64,000 nt of DNA from Selaginella moellendorffii (GCF_000143415.4 NW_003314265.1:1508446-1572445); one strand, 5' to 3'; shown: positions 1 to 12,252, counted from the stretch's first letter. A program made the numbers and translations. The notes: generated by a model not told the origin, from the letters alone.

Positions 1-820
1 TGCCTTGACTTCAGGAAGCTTTTCTTCAGCAGCAGTGAGCGCCTTTTGCCTCAGCTTGAGTAATTCCTTCTTCTTCTGGTAGAACACAAGAGCCTTCGCC
101 TTCCTCTTCTCCTCGAGTTCCTGCAAATCCAGTGTTTGAGGAGGGCAGCCGGAGTAAAGAAACGAGGACAACTCACCTTGATCGTCTCATGGTGGTGCCA
201 CCCGACTTCCTTGGACAACTGACCCAGGAGACAGAACTTGTGCCCGGGTTTCAACCGCAAGACCCTGTTTCGATCCGATCGTCAGCCATCCTTGAAAGAA
301 GAAAAAAGTGGAGGCTTACTTGAGAGCGTCTGGAACGACCATCTTCTTGGTCTTGTCATACGGAGGTGGGCATCCTTCGAAGACCTTGAGCCTCTCCAGA
401 GCAGCGGCACCGCGCTTGGTCTTATGTGGGATCATACTGGAAAACATAAAGAAAAGAGTGCTCCAGATCCAAGGCAAAAGAAATCTCTTACCCTCTGATC
501 GTCCTCCAGAGAATGCGGGCAGGAGCACGAAAATGGATCGGCCCCTTGCTGGGCTTCGTGTTCATGCGCTTCCTCAGAAACCTCAGGTACTTCATCTTCT
601 GGCGGACGAGGCCGCCCGAGAGAGCAATCTCCTCGCATCGCGTGATAACCTGGAACACAGTGGAAAGAGATCAATAGCGCATTCTAAGATCGCGAGATTT
701 TTCTACCAGGCGCTGTCCGTTGAGGAGCTCCTTGGCGGCGATCGAGGCCAGCCGGCCAAGCATGTGATGGCGCGCATCGATCACCACCACCCGCGCGCAA
801 GCTCCCGACCCGCTCACCAT
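1..820 (-). CDS. RPL13A: 60S ribosomal protein L13a (uL13); multi-exon, 3' end runs off the window start
   Basis: ATG at 820. Spliced translation [38 protein letters not shown]|[53 protein letters not shown]|[39 protein letters not shown]|..[30 protein letters not shown] introns, e.g. 706-650. Confidence 0.97.
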
Positions 821-840
821 CGCGTCGCCGCCTGATCCAA

Positions 841-872
841 AAGCCCTAGGAAAGCCCTAGAGAAGCCCTAAA
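841..872. promoter_or_regulatory. Three tandem telo-box-like AAGCCCTA elements in the 130-bp RPL13a / PPR-pseudogene divergent gap
   Basis: aagccctagg aaagccctag agaagccctaaa. Telo boxes (AAACCCTA) are typical near plant ribosomal-protein starts; these are one-mismatch variants. Confidence 0.5.
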
Positions 873-950
873 TCACGGGTTTCTATCGGACGGCTGGAAT
901 TCGTAGCATTTTAGGGCATGATATTTTCTCTAGCAGTTCGGTTCCAATCC

Positions 951-3793
951 ATGGCCGCGGCCGCGACCGCGTCGATTCTCATCCGGATTCCAGCCGAGAG
1001 ATTTCCCCGGCGCAGAAGAAATGGAATGGCCAGGCACGGCCCGATCACCAGAGCGCGAGAGACGCTCTTTCGGCGTTCGAGAGAATCCACATTTTGCGTA
1101 CAAATCCACCAGCAAGTTGCCACGAAAGGATTGGACACGTCTCCACTCCTCCTCGCGCTCTCGTGGATTTTCCTCGCGCTTCTCACATCGCCGGATCTGC
1201 GGCGCGCCTTGAGTGCCGTGAGAATCGCCCCAATGCTCGGCCTCCGGCCCTGGTGCTGGTAGCGTGGAGGAAACCAGACAGGTGTTCGAGAGCATGGAGC
1301 GGCGGACAGTGGTGTCGTGGAATTCGATCATCTCAGGCTATGCTCAAGGTGGCCAAGGCGAGATCGCTCTAGAGCTCTACTCGCGAATGGAGAGAGATGG
1401 TTGCGAGGCCGACAGCGTCACGATCTTAGCAGCACTCAAGGCCGTCAAGAACTCAAGCTCGTCCAAGAGAACAAGCTCGTGAGACTCCAGTGACTCGAGA
1501 AGGGCCGGGCGATCCATCGGCGAACCACCAAAGCTGGGAGTGACTCGGGCGGCTTTGTGGCGAATACGCTGGTCGACATGTATTCCCAAGTGTGGGGCTT
1601 GGAAGAAGCTCGCCATGTTTTCGAGAGGATTGCCCGTCCCAGCATCGTCTCGTGGAATTGCATCATTCTCGGACACGCACTGAGCGGAGAAGGAGAGCTG
1701 GCTTTCGAGTTCTACTCGCGCATGCAACACGAAGACTGTGAGCCAGATCGAGTGACTCTTCTCGCAGCGCTCATGGCTTGTTCGTGCTGGGCCGAGAACG
1801 AGGAGGTCGACCTCGTTGGTGGCAAAGTCATGACACGAAGATCTCTTGAGAAAGGCCGGGAAGTTCATACTCTAGCTGCGGCAAACTGGAACCCGATGTC
1901 ATCGTTTTGGCGACGTCGCTGGTCGATATGTATGGGAAGTGTGGGAGCTTAGAGGATGCGCGTCGTGTCTTCGAGGCCGTCCGGCACAAGGATGCCGTTC
2001 TTTGGACGGCTATAATTCTCGGCTATGCTCAAGGTGGAGAAGGTGAGGTCGCGCTTGGACTATACTCGCGAATGCAAGGGATTCTGCCAGATCGTGTTAC
2101 TTTTCTTGCCGCTCTCAAAGCTTGCTCGTGCATCGTGGACGAGGCTAACAACAACATGCTCATCGATTGCCAACCCGCAAAGTTGTGGAGTTTGAAAAGA
2201 GGAAGAGAGATCCACGCGCAGGCCAGAGGTATCAAGCTCGACCAGGCCGCTACAAACACTCTCCTGGACATGTACGTCAGGTGTGGAAGCATGGACGAAG
2301 CTCGACAGGCTTTTGAAGCTATGGAGTTTTGCGACGTTTTCTCGTGGACGTGTCTCGGATATGCTCATACCGGAGAAGGCAACTTGGCCTTGGAGTTGTT
2401 TCAAGGAATGCAAGACGAAGGCTGCGAGCCGGATGCCGTGACTTTCGTCGCTGCTTTCAAGGCCTGCTCGATCTTGGCGGAGAAAGAGGAGGGCGAGCTC
2501 GTTGATGGGACGGTGGTGAAGCTCCAGGCTCTGGAAAGAGGAAGGGCTCTTCACTCTCAATCCGGGAGGAAGAACAAGACGAACATTTTCGTGGCCAACG
2601 CGCTGCTGGACTTGTACGCGAAGTGTGGGAGCATGGTGGAAGCTTGGAAGTCTTTGAGAGCATGGCTACGCACTGGCCGGGGAGTCCGAGCGAGCACTGA
2701 GCCTCTTTGCGAGAATGCAACGAGACAAAGGCGGGTGTGTAACGAACCAAGTGACACTTCTCGCAGCCTTGAAGGCGTGCTCTACTCTGGCAGAGAAGGA
2801 AGAGAGCGGCGCCGTCGATGACCAGTTCGTCAAAGTCGAGAGCTTGGAGAGGGGCCCTCCACTTTCAGGCCGAGAAACTGCACAAGCGGGACACCTTTGT
2901 GGACAACGCGGTGATCGATATGTACGCGAAGTGCGGGAGCTTGGAGGATGCCCGCCGGGTGTTTGAGGCCATGCAGCCGCGAGGCGTGGTGTCCTGGGCG
3001 ACGATCATTCGTGGCTACGCGGACGCCGGGCAGGGAGAGGTCGCCTTGGACCTCTTCTCTCGAATGGAGGGCGAGGAACGTCATGGCTGTGTGGCCGACG
3101 GCCTCACTTACGCGGCGGTTCTCAAGGCCTGCGGTGGCATGGCGGCACTGGAAACTGGAAGAGCGATCCACGAGAAGATCCGTCGCGAAGGATTCGAGAG
3201 CGATGGAATGGTGGCGAACTCGCTGGTGGACTTCTATGGCAAATCCGGCAGCATGGACGAAGATCCCGAGCAAGAGCTTAGTGAGCTGGAGCGCTCTCAT
3301 CGCGGGCTACAGCTTCCAGGGACAAGCGCAGGCTGCGTTTGAGACGTTGGAGGGAATGCTGGAGCAGCGAGTCCGGCCGAGCGATGTCACGTACCTCTCG
3401 CTGCTTGCTGCGTGTAGCCATGCCGGATTGGTCGATCGAGGCAAGGAGTTCTTCGAGGAGATGTGTGCTAAGCACGGGATAGTTCCTGGGATCCAGCACT
3501 ACACTTGCATGGTCGACTTGCTGGGCCGAGCAAACCGGCTGAGCGAGGCTGTGGCGATGGTGGAATCCATGCCTTGTGGAGCCGATGCTGTGATCTGAAT
3601 GGCGCTGCTGGGGGCCGCACACAAGTGGAAGAACGTTGGAGTTGCGAGGCTTGCGTTTGAGGCCGTCATGAAGCTGGCCAGTGGAAACATGGGTGTATTG
3701 TCCTCGGCTTGTGTGCTTATGTCTAACGTCTATGCTGGCGTTGGAATGTGGGAAGAGTATGAAAAGCTCCAGAACAGAACGCTTCGAGGTTGA
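951..3793 (+). pseudogene. PLS-class (E-subgroup) PPR pseudogene with multiple frameshifts and stops
   Basis: Consecutive PPR pieces switch frames (1264-1482, 1557-1952, 1907-2821, 2818-3342, 2948-3598, 3599-3793): LVDMYGKCGSLEDARRVF, HYTCMVDLLGRA, E-domain. TGA at 3596-3598 replaces the usual W of DAVIWMALLGA. Confidence 0.88.
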
Positions 3794-4952
3794 TCTTCAA
3801 CTGATGTATAAAAGTTCTAGTCACTCCAATACGCGTTGTAAATTATTGAATTGATCTATTGCTACTTATTTCGGTCTGGAACAGTGAAGCTTCTTGTGCA
3901 GAGGACTTGTGCCCATGGTTAAACAGTCCAAATCAAGCAAAGGTTTTTTGTGGCATTGAGAAATGGAAATTCTTTAGCCCATCATACGTATTTTTTCCAT
4001 TAGTGATTTTGGTTTGTAGTATATTCTTTTGAATAGCTTTCCATGGAAATTTGCTTGTCTGCTGGTCGTCCTTAATGTCTTGATTTAAAATTCTGAAATT
4101 CAAAATAGTTGCTCCTACCAAAGCTTGTCTGAACTGTTGGCAGCTAATCCTTTTCTAGGTCCCATTTCCATTGATTTTTGCTCGGTGGCCTAAGTACAAA
4201 TGTTTTTAGGAAACAGTTAATAAGAACCCCTTTCGTTGTCCTATCTGGATTGTACTTTAAAGTGAGTGGTAAAAGTTTAAAGAGCAGCAATGTAGAGAGC
4301 TCGTTGGTCGGCTTCCACTTCTCAGTTGGATCCTTGTCAACACTTTACCCAGCTCGTTGGTCGGCCTCCACTTGTCCATGGTTCAGTCGGAATTTTAGGG
4401 TTCCTCGATGTCAAAGATTCTTTTGGCGTTTCTGTCGTGAAGAGCTATCTACTCTCCCAAGTGCATAAGTCAGCTGGAAGTGCAATACAAATACCACTGG
4501 CTGGGGTGGATGCTAGTACTTTGATCTTGTTCCATAAAAACTCTGTGTCTCAATTCTCTCCAAATGCACTATTATGACATGTATGTCCCATCTTCGTTCA
4601 AATTGCCTACCATGCCAGTGTGGTGCATTGACATCAACATGGAGGAAAGTCTTTAGTGTACATGCCAACACACCACACTCCATGCATATGGCAGGCAACA
4701 ACCAGGGTGGCGTAAACACTGGGAAAAACCATGTAATCTTCCCTATAAATGAAAATGTGACATATACCATCTAATAGGATTGGAGTTTAAGCCCGCTGCC
4801 CTTGCACTCCTCCTCCATGAAGGGTTACCTAGTTTAAAATGTATTCTAGGATATTTCTTAATCTAGCAGCTGTGATTTTTTGCCTCCATGCTGGCTTCAT
4901 AGTATTGAAACAAACATTAAACACTAGTTACAAATGGAATCTTTTAAGAACT

Positions 4953-5256
4953 AAAGAAAGAAAGCACCATTCCTTCTCATCTTTTATAAGAAGGTGGATA
5001 GATAACTCAAACATCATTAAGTTTCTTATAGACCATAAATATTCTTGTGATTCATTACCCGAATTTTTATGATACAAGATAAGGTCATAACTTGGTAAAA
5101 AAAGAAAGCACCATACCTTCTCATCTTCTATAAGAAGTTGGATAACTCAAATACCATTAAGTTTCTTATCGACCACAAATATTCTTGTAATACATAACTA
5201 GTATTTTTTATGATGCAAGATAAGGTCAGAACTTGGTAAAAGAAAGAAAGCACCAT
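4953..5256. repeat. Tandem duplication, ~145-bp unit, two copies plus the start of a third, in an AT-rich decayed island
   Basis: aaagaaagcaccat...cttctcatctt.tataagaag...ataactcaaa..cattaagtttcttat.gacca.aaatattcttgt...caagataaggtca.aacttggtaaaa at ~4957 and 5101; third start at ~5243. Confidence 0.9.
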
Positions 5257-6299
5257 GTAACTCACTTGTCTAACTTGTCACATTGAAACCATTGAACAAT
5301 CCTCTAAAGAGTTTCCACTGTTACTATTACAGCCTTAAATTCAACTCCAAAATTAAAGGTAACAAGACTAGACTGAATGAATGCCAAGCTTGGTATTTTA
5401 GTGATGCAAAAGAGTAAAGAGTGGTTGTTGCCATATTTTTTAGGTGATTAAAATGGTGTGAAAACCACTATGATCAAGTTTGGCCTTTGGAACCTGAGGA
5501 TATTGATATCTACACATGTTTGATCAGTAATCCATAAGAGTTCTGTGGCTTTTCTTTAGCTAAAAGAGCATGTTGTGGCTGTAAGTGATGGCTTATGACT
5601 AATGATTACTTGAAAATAGTTGATTGTAATTCACTGCTTAGCTAACTTTTTGGTTTGTTTAAACAAACCTATAATACAAAAACTAAATAACATTTACATA
5701 AAAAAGCAAACCAAGCATTGATGCAATGCTAATAAATTAACTAAAATTCATGATCTTATATATTTTAATATGGATGTGTGAAAGTATACAAATATGGACT
5801 GATTTTAATACAAACCAATTATTTTTATATATAAACTAAGTTTTTGGGCTAATTGAATATGTCTTCCATACACTCATATTAAGGGGTAGCTCTAATTGTG
5901 TATGAGGAGTTATTGGATTTGTGTTTTTGGTTTTAATAGAGGGGAAAATATTGATAGAGGTAGGTTTTTTTTAAAAAAAATAAAAATAAAAAATGTTTAA
6001 GGATTTTTTAGTGTATGATTGTATTGGGATATAGCATGTAAAACTTTCCAATCCAAATTGATACTTGGTCAACATTCGTATTCCATTCCTTAAAGGAATT
6101 AGCAACACTATGGTGGTTGTCAGGAAAAGCTTTACCATGTCATCCTGGAGGTGCAAAGTGCTCCTTTTATGCTCAGCCTGTGAAAACCAAGTGGAAGAAG
6201 TGACATAGAATGAGTGTGGAGGAAGAAAAAAGGTGAAAAGCCTCTACCTGGATTGAAGGAGCTCTTGCATGAGGCTACCATCAACCCCTAGCAGCTTGA

Positions 6300-7030
6300 G
6301 AGCTTTGCATCCTCTCTGTTGCAGAGCGTCTATTGTCGCGTAAGTCATTGCGTCAGAGCTGAGCAGCTTGAAGAGCTGCAGGGCATTTTCCAGCCTGTTT
6401 TCTTTCGAGTCTAGTGACGAGGTCCAGAGGTGGTCACACTCCAGGACTGGAGCAGCGGGAGAAATCCACACTCGTGGATCTCCTGGCCAGTGTCCTTCTT
6501 GGCAAGCTTGGTACACACTTTGAGAATGGCCATGAAGCTTCTATCATCTGGAGAGAAGCCCTGAGCTTCCATGGGCCAGAAAATTTCCATAGCCACCTCT
6601 TAGTCTTGTACTTCGGTAGCATATAACTTATCAGCATGTTCTAGTGTTAGTGATTAGGCTTTATCTATTCAAGGTTTGATGATTTTAATTTTCCAAGCAA
6701 ACAATAGAAGATTATTTGCATTTTTCATTTTCCCAAAAATTAATTTGATAAAATTTATTTTCTCTCCACTCAGAAAATGCGGTGACAGTGCTATTCCTGT
6801 TATGGGTGGTATCTCTCGCCGCCATGGAAACACTTGCCAGGCATCGTCCGTGGAGCCACAGGTACATATCAATAGTGAGGTTCGGAGATCTAGTGGCCTG
6901 AGCATCATGGATAGGCAGCCTCCTTCTCGCGTCCAAGTGCAGCAACTGGAGAATGAGATCCCTGGCTTCATCGCTCACGTTCGTCCAATCGGGCAAGCTT
7001 ATGGGCAAATCCTCCCAGTGACTCAACCTC
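6300..7030 (-). pseudogene. Mosaic of gene fragments: two inverted pieces of the adjacent PPR gene, a protein-kinase C-lobe fragment and a P-type PPR-like fragment
   Basis: 6474-6603 is the reverse complement of ~8042-8169 and 6812-6882 of ~9343-9422. 6885-7030 translates as WTNVSDEARDLILQLLHLDARRRLPIHDA (kinase subdomain XI-like). ~6320-6410 gives KENRLENALQLFKLLSSDAMTYATIDAL. Confidence 0.75.
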
Positions 7031-7299
7031 ATTCCCTCGATCTCACTCCTTTAACCCGGACAAGATCTCAATGCGTTTCTGGGAGTGGAAAGACGAAGAT
7101 TGACTCGAACAGAATCAATGGGAACTTTAAACACTGACTTCGAAAAGAATTCCAATGAAAACTCCACCCTGGCCTGTATAGAAAGAAAACAGAAAGAGAC
7201 ATCAAATCAAAGAGAACGCTGGGAACTTATTGAAACATTTGGGTTCTCTGTGAATGCAAGATTTCTCTTTTACTTAATACCTTTCAAACCCTCGAGGTA

Positions 7300-10257
7300 A
7301 TGCGGAAGATCGTCTCGGATCGCTGGAGAGCAGCAGCAAAGCGCGTGAGTGTTTCTCCATCCTTTCCACCCTTCTACCCATCACAGTGACAGTTCTCTAG
7401 GGAAGACGAGGCAGCGCTTCAAAGTCCCGGTATCTTTGTCACGGTCTCGGCGCTCAAGGCGTGCAGCAGTACCCGAGACCTCGAGGCCGGGAAGCTCATT
7501 CACGCCGCTTCCATCCGAGATGGCAGCCACACGGACGTCTTCGTGGCCAGCACCGCCATCAGCATGTTCTCGCGATGCGGGAGCCTTCCCGAGGCTCGCC
7601 TCGTCTTCAACTCCATTCTCGACTGCTGCTACGCCACTGCTGTCCCCTGGAACGCCCTCATGCTCGGCTACACGGACAGCGGCCAGGGAGAGCTCGCCCT
7701 CGAGCTCTTCTCGAAGATGGAGTCCGAATACAGCCTGCCACCTGATCCGGGAACCTTTGTGGCCGCTCTCAAAGCTTGCACCAGCGTCGCGGCTAAGGAA
7801 GACGAGCAGCCTATACTCAAGGTCGTGGTGAAGTTCAGGAGCCTCGAACGGGGCATGGAAATCCACTCCCGAGCCGTGACTTCCGGCTGTGAGTTCCTTG
7901 GCTTCGTCATGAACAGTCTCGTCGACATGTACTCCAAGTGTGGCAGCCTGCTCGATGCTCGGATGGTCTTCGACAGGATGGCTTGGCGGACTGTCGTGTC
8001 GTGGAACTCGTTGATTCTCGGCTACGCAGAGAGAGGCGCGGAAGAGTTGGCTGTGGAACTTTTCTGGTCCATGGAAGCTCAGGGCTTCTCTCCGGATGAT
8101 AGAAGCTTCATGGCCGTTCTCAAAGCATGTACCAAGCTTGCCGAGAAGGACACTGGCCAGGAGATCCACAGCAGGCTCGTCAAAGTGAAGTGTCTTGGCT
8201 GCGGCATGGCCTTGCACTTGAAAGCTACACGGAGTGGCTTCGACGGTAACTTGTTCGTTGCCAGCTCCTTGGTCGACATGTACTCCAAGTGTGGCAGCAT
8301 GCTGGACGCTCGGAGAGTCTTCGATGCTTTCGCGCAGCACGATGTAGTGTTGTGGACAGCCCTCATGCTCGGCTACGTTGAAAACGGTGACGAGAGGCTG
8401 GCTCTGGAAATCTTCGACTACTTGCAAGGCCAGGAGGCCTACTCCATCGCCAACTCCCTCACCTTCGTGGCTGCTCTCAAGGCCTGCATTGGTCTTGCGT
8501 CGAGGGAACCGGATCAAGAACTTGATGGAAGGATTGTGAAGCTGGAATCGCTGTCCAGGGGCAAACGCATCCACTCACAAGCTGTAAGCTGCCGCTGCGA
8601 CTCGGATATCATGGTGGCCAACACGCTGGTGGACATGTACGCCAAGTGTGGTAGCTTGGTCGATGCCAGGAGGGTCTTCGACTGCATGCCTTGTAGAACC
8701 GTGGTGTCCTGGAACGTCTTGTTGCTCGGCTACGCAGAGAATAACGAGGGAGAGCTTGGTCTTGACTTGTTCTCTCGGATGATGGCTGGTAGTGACGATA
8801 GAATAGCACCGGATTCTCGATCTTTTGTCGCAGCTCTCAAGGCCTGCACTCTCGTCGCGGTGAAAGAGGAAGGCCAGAAAGTCGACGGGAAGCTCGTCAA
8901 AGTGAAGGCGATGGAAGCAGGAATGGCGATCCACTCGCAGGCCAGTCTTGACACGGACGTGTTCGTAGCCAGCACGCTCGTTGACATGTACGCCAAGTGT
9001 GGAAGCTTGCTGGACTCGCGCAGGGCCTTCGATAAAATCCCAGCTCAAGCCCGGGACGTGGTTCTCTGGACGTCGCTTATCCTCGGCTACTCAGAGAATG
9101 ACGAGCCTCAGCTGACACTGGAACTCTTCTCGCAGATGCGGCACTTCCAAATCCTCCCAAACGCCCGGACTTTCATGGCTGCTCTCAAGGCGTGCACAAA
9201 GTTGGCGGCGTTGGAACAAGGCAGTGAAGTCAAGATCGATGCTGGAAAGGTGGCCGTGGTGAAGCTGAAAGCTCTAGAGATTGGCCATGACATCCACGCT
9301 CAGGCCACTAGATCTATGAGTGAATCGGAGCTCTTCGTCTTCAACCTCACGATCGATATGTACTCCAACTGTGGCTCCATGGACGATGCCCGGCGAGTGT
9401 TTGACACCATGGCGGCGAGAGACATGGTTTCCTGGACCACCCTGATACTCGGCTACACCGAGAACTCACAGCCGCAGCTAAGCCTCGAGCTCTTCTCGTC
9501 TCTCAAGCTGCAAGCGAACGAATGGTTCCCAAATGCTCGAGCGTACGTGACTGCTCTCAAATCCTGTAGCTCCGTGCTGGATGTGGAGCTTGGCCGACAG
9601 ATCCACGGCGAGCTCTCCAGGTTCGGCCTTGAAAGCGATCCAGTGGCAACGAATTCCCTCGTCGATCTCTACGGAAAGGCTGGAAGGATTCTCAATGCCC
9701 AGCTCTTGTTTGACGTTTCTTCTTCCAGCAGCATCATCACCTGGAATGCCCTCGTCACCGGCTATGGCAGGCAAGGGGATGTGGAACGCGTCTTGGATCT
9801 CTACCAAAGAATGACCAGCAGCGAGGGCCCCAACCCGGATGGAATCACCATGGTTTGTGTTCTTGCAGCTTGCAGCCACGGCGGCAATGTGTCCCTGGGC
9901 AAGAAATATTTCCAGGCGATGCTGGATTCGCCTGTGACCCCATCCATCGAGCACTACCACTGCATGATCGATCTCCTTGGCCGGGCCAACGAGCTGGCCG
10001 CCGCATTGGAGATGATCACCTCGATGCCCTTCCGGCCAAGCGCAATTACCTGGATGACCGTGCTGGGTGCCTGCCAGAAGTGGTCCAATGCCCCCGTGGG
10101 CCGCCTAGCGCTGGATGCGCTGCTGGGGATGGAGGACATCGGCGACAAGGAGGAGACGGCGCTGCTGCTGATGATCAACATCTACGCCGCGGCTGGAATG
10201 CGCGAGGAGCTGAGGGAGCTGGAGGAGATCCGCGGCCGGAGGAAACAAGGATCCTAA
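7300..10257 (+). CDS. PLS-class PPR protein with C-terminal E domain, no DYW (organellar RNA-editing specificity factor)
   Basis: Open frame 7390-10257 with repeated P-L-S triplets and HYHCMIDLLGRA...E motif. Probable ATG at 7300 (Arg-rich leader MRKIVSDRWRAAAKR), with a 48-bp phase-0 GTGAGT..CAG intron (7345-7392) removing the in-frame TGA at 7387. Confidence 0.93.
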
Positions 10258-10362
10258 AAAAGCGGTAATCCCGAAGTTCATAAGCAAACATTTGTTTTAA
10301 ATTCCTGGCATATTCTACGTGATTAATTATTAAGTAGTTCAAATTTTCTAATTACATGTTCA

Positions 10363-10435
10363 TCCGTTGTAGTCTAGCCGGTCAGGATATTCGGCTCTCA
10401 CCCGAAAGACCCGGGTTCAATTCCCGGCAACGGAA
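10363..10435 (+). tRNA. tRNA-Glu (anticodon CUC)
   Basis: TCCGTTGTAGTCTAGCCGGTCAGGATATTCGGCTCTCACCCGAAAGACCCGGGTTCAATTCCCGGCAACGGAA. Acceptor stem TCCGTTG/CAACGGA, anticodon arm TTCGG-CT-CTC-AC-CCGAA, T-loop GTTCAA. Confidence 0.98.
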
Positions 10436-10464
10436 TTAACAATAGGTGGGTGCAACAGCTAAAT

Positions 10465-11964
10465 CTACTGCATTTCAATTGCTTCTATACATTCTGAAAC
10501 ACTGGCATTTCTCTCCATTGCAGCCATGAGAGAATCAAACGCCTTGCTTTTGTTCTTTACAAGTGATCCGGCATAGAGAACCTGATGCAAAACAAAGTCC
10601 GAGAGAACATGAATGTATGTAAAATATTATAGCTTCTTACAGCCCATCGAGTGAGATTTTGCTGTTGTTCGTTACTGAGTTTGGGTTTGGATCTGTTAAT
10701 GAGCCTCTGCATTCAGAAAGCATAAGGTTGCGAAAAACCTTTTAATGTAATCAACCTGAAGGGAGAATAAATCGGCAGACTGGCCAATAACTTTGTCATA
10801 TTTTAGAGCCTCGGCAGCAAGCCCAGCCATTGAAACGACAGCCAGCCTGATACAATAGAAAGAAACTTCAAAAGAAAGAAAGGAGTTCGAGTTCAGATAC
10901 CTGTCAAGTTCGTTGCCGTCGAGAAACCCTTCGTAAATTTTCTTCTGTAGCTTTTCATCGACCAAGTTGACATGCTCTTTGCCGATGTCTAAAGAGTATC
11001 CCAGAACAGGAAGGCCGACCAGATAAGCAACTGGAAGAAACATCAGCGTATACAGTTCTTGCAGAGTTCATGTTTCTACTTACTGAGGAAATGAGCCGCT
11101 TCATGACGAAGAAGCCGCTCTTGGTAATCTGGAAACACCGATGAGAAGCTGTTGATAGCAGCTTGCAAAAGCCTGAGAAATCAGCTGTAAGAAACTCAGT
11201 GAGAAGCTTTCTCCTGGGTTGAAAATTAAATACCCCGGTGCTGTGCTTCCGATGGCCAGAACTGCTAGTGAGATTCCTCCCAGCAGATAAGGAACGAAGA
11301 ATCCCCAATCCTGTCAAACTTTGTCACAATGAAAGAGAATTAACTAGCTAGATAGATCATGTACTCCGGGGAGCTGGCCCGCTATAACTGCAAGAAAGCT
11401 CGTTGTTCCTACAACCGTCACCAAGAACGCGAGCTGCAAGAGCATCAACTTCAGCTCACAGGAAAAAACCCAAAGTAACAGTGAGAGTAACTCACATCGT
11501 TTCGGACACTCGGAATAGCGAGATTCTCCGCGTTTTTCAGTCCCAGCGAAGTTAGCTCGCGCAAGTACGTCTGAAAAAACCGAAGAGTCGATAAAGAAGC
11601 AAAAATTGTCTTTTACATTTCGACGAGAAACATTGGGCTGAGATTTCCACTGCTTTGCCCATCCCGCCTCGCTCAGCTTGTCCAGCGCCAATCTCACGCT
11701 GTCGGCATCCTTCTGCATTGTAAATCTCTAGGCTTAACCAACACATCCAAGCGCTTTGCTTACCGACGAGATCGCATCACCGAGCGATGCAACAAGATCA
11801 TTCACATCATTCACATTCGCCGATGCCACAGCACCCTCGCCATCCCCCGCCGCCGCGGCAGCACGGACGCATGAGCGCGCCCTTCCGCCGGGAAGAACCC
11901 TAGCACAATGCCTGTGAAAACCTCCTCCATACGAGGCGGGAATGCAAGGCAATGTGATAGCCAT
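10465..11964 (-). CDS. VIR3: Chloroplast FtsH-M41-like zinc metalloprotease without AAA domain (VIRESCENT3-like); multi-exon
   Basis: Transit-like N-terminus MAITLPCIPAS. HEAAHFL zinc motif, AYLVGLPVLGYSLDIGKEHVNL, MAGLAAEALKYDKVIGQSADLFSLQ; last exon VLYAGSLVKNKSKAFDSLMAAMERNASVSECIEAIEMQ*. Confidence 0.85.
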
Positions 11965-12252
11965 AGAGAACGAACGAGAACCCGCCACGTGTCTAGGGCA
12001 GGAAATCCTCGATTATCATCCATCTCAAGCGTGATCTCTACCATGATCACCTTTGAATCCAATCGTTCCAAACAATGTCACAATCAATCATGCATGACCT
12101 CTGCCATGATTGGCAATGTCACAATCAAATACATCGAGTTCTCTCCGGGAGCCGGCCAGCCTAAAATCCTCACCAAGAAAACAAAGACCGAACAAATAAA
12201 GCAAATAGGCGGGAGCGATTATTTTAAAAAAATGTTCGTTATCTCGAGTCGA

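Noticed and set aside
3596-3598. TGA in place of Trp as possible recoding or RNA editing
   Set aside because: Nuclear gene with several independent frameshifts; simple pseudogenisation (TGG->TGA) explains it.
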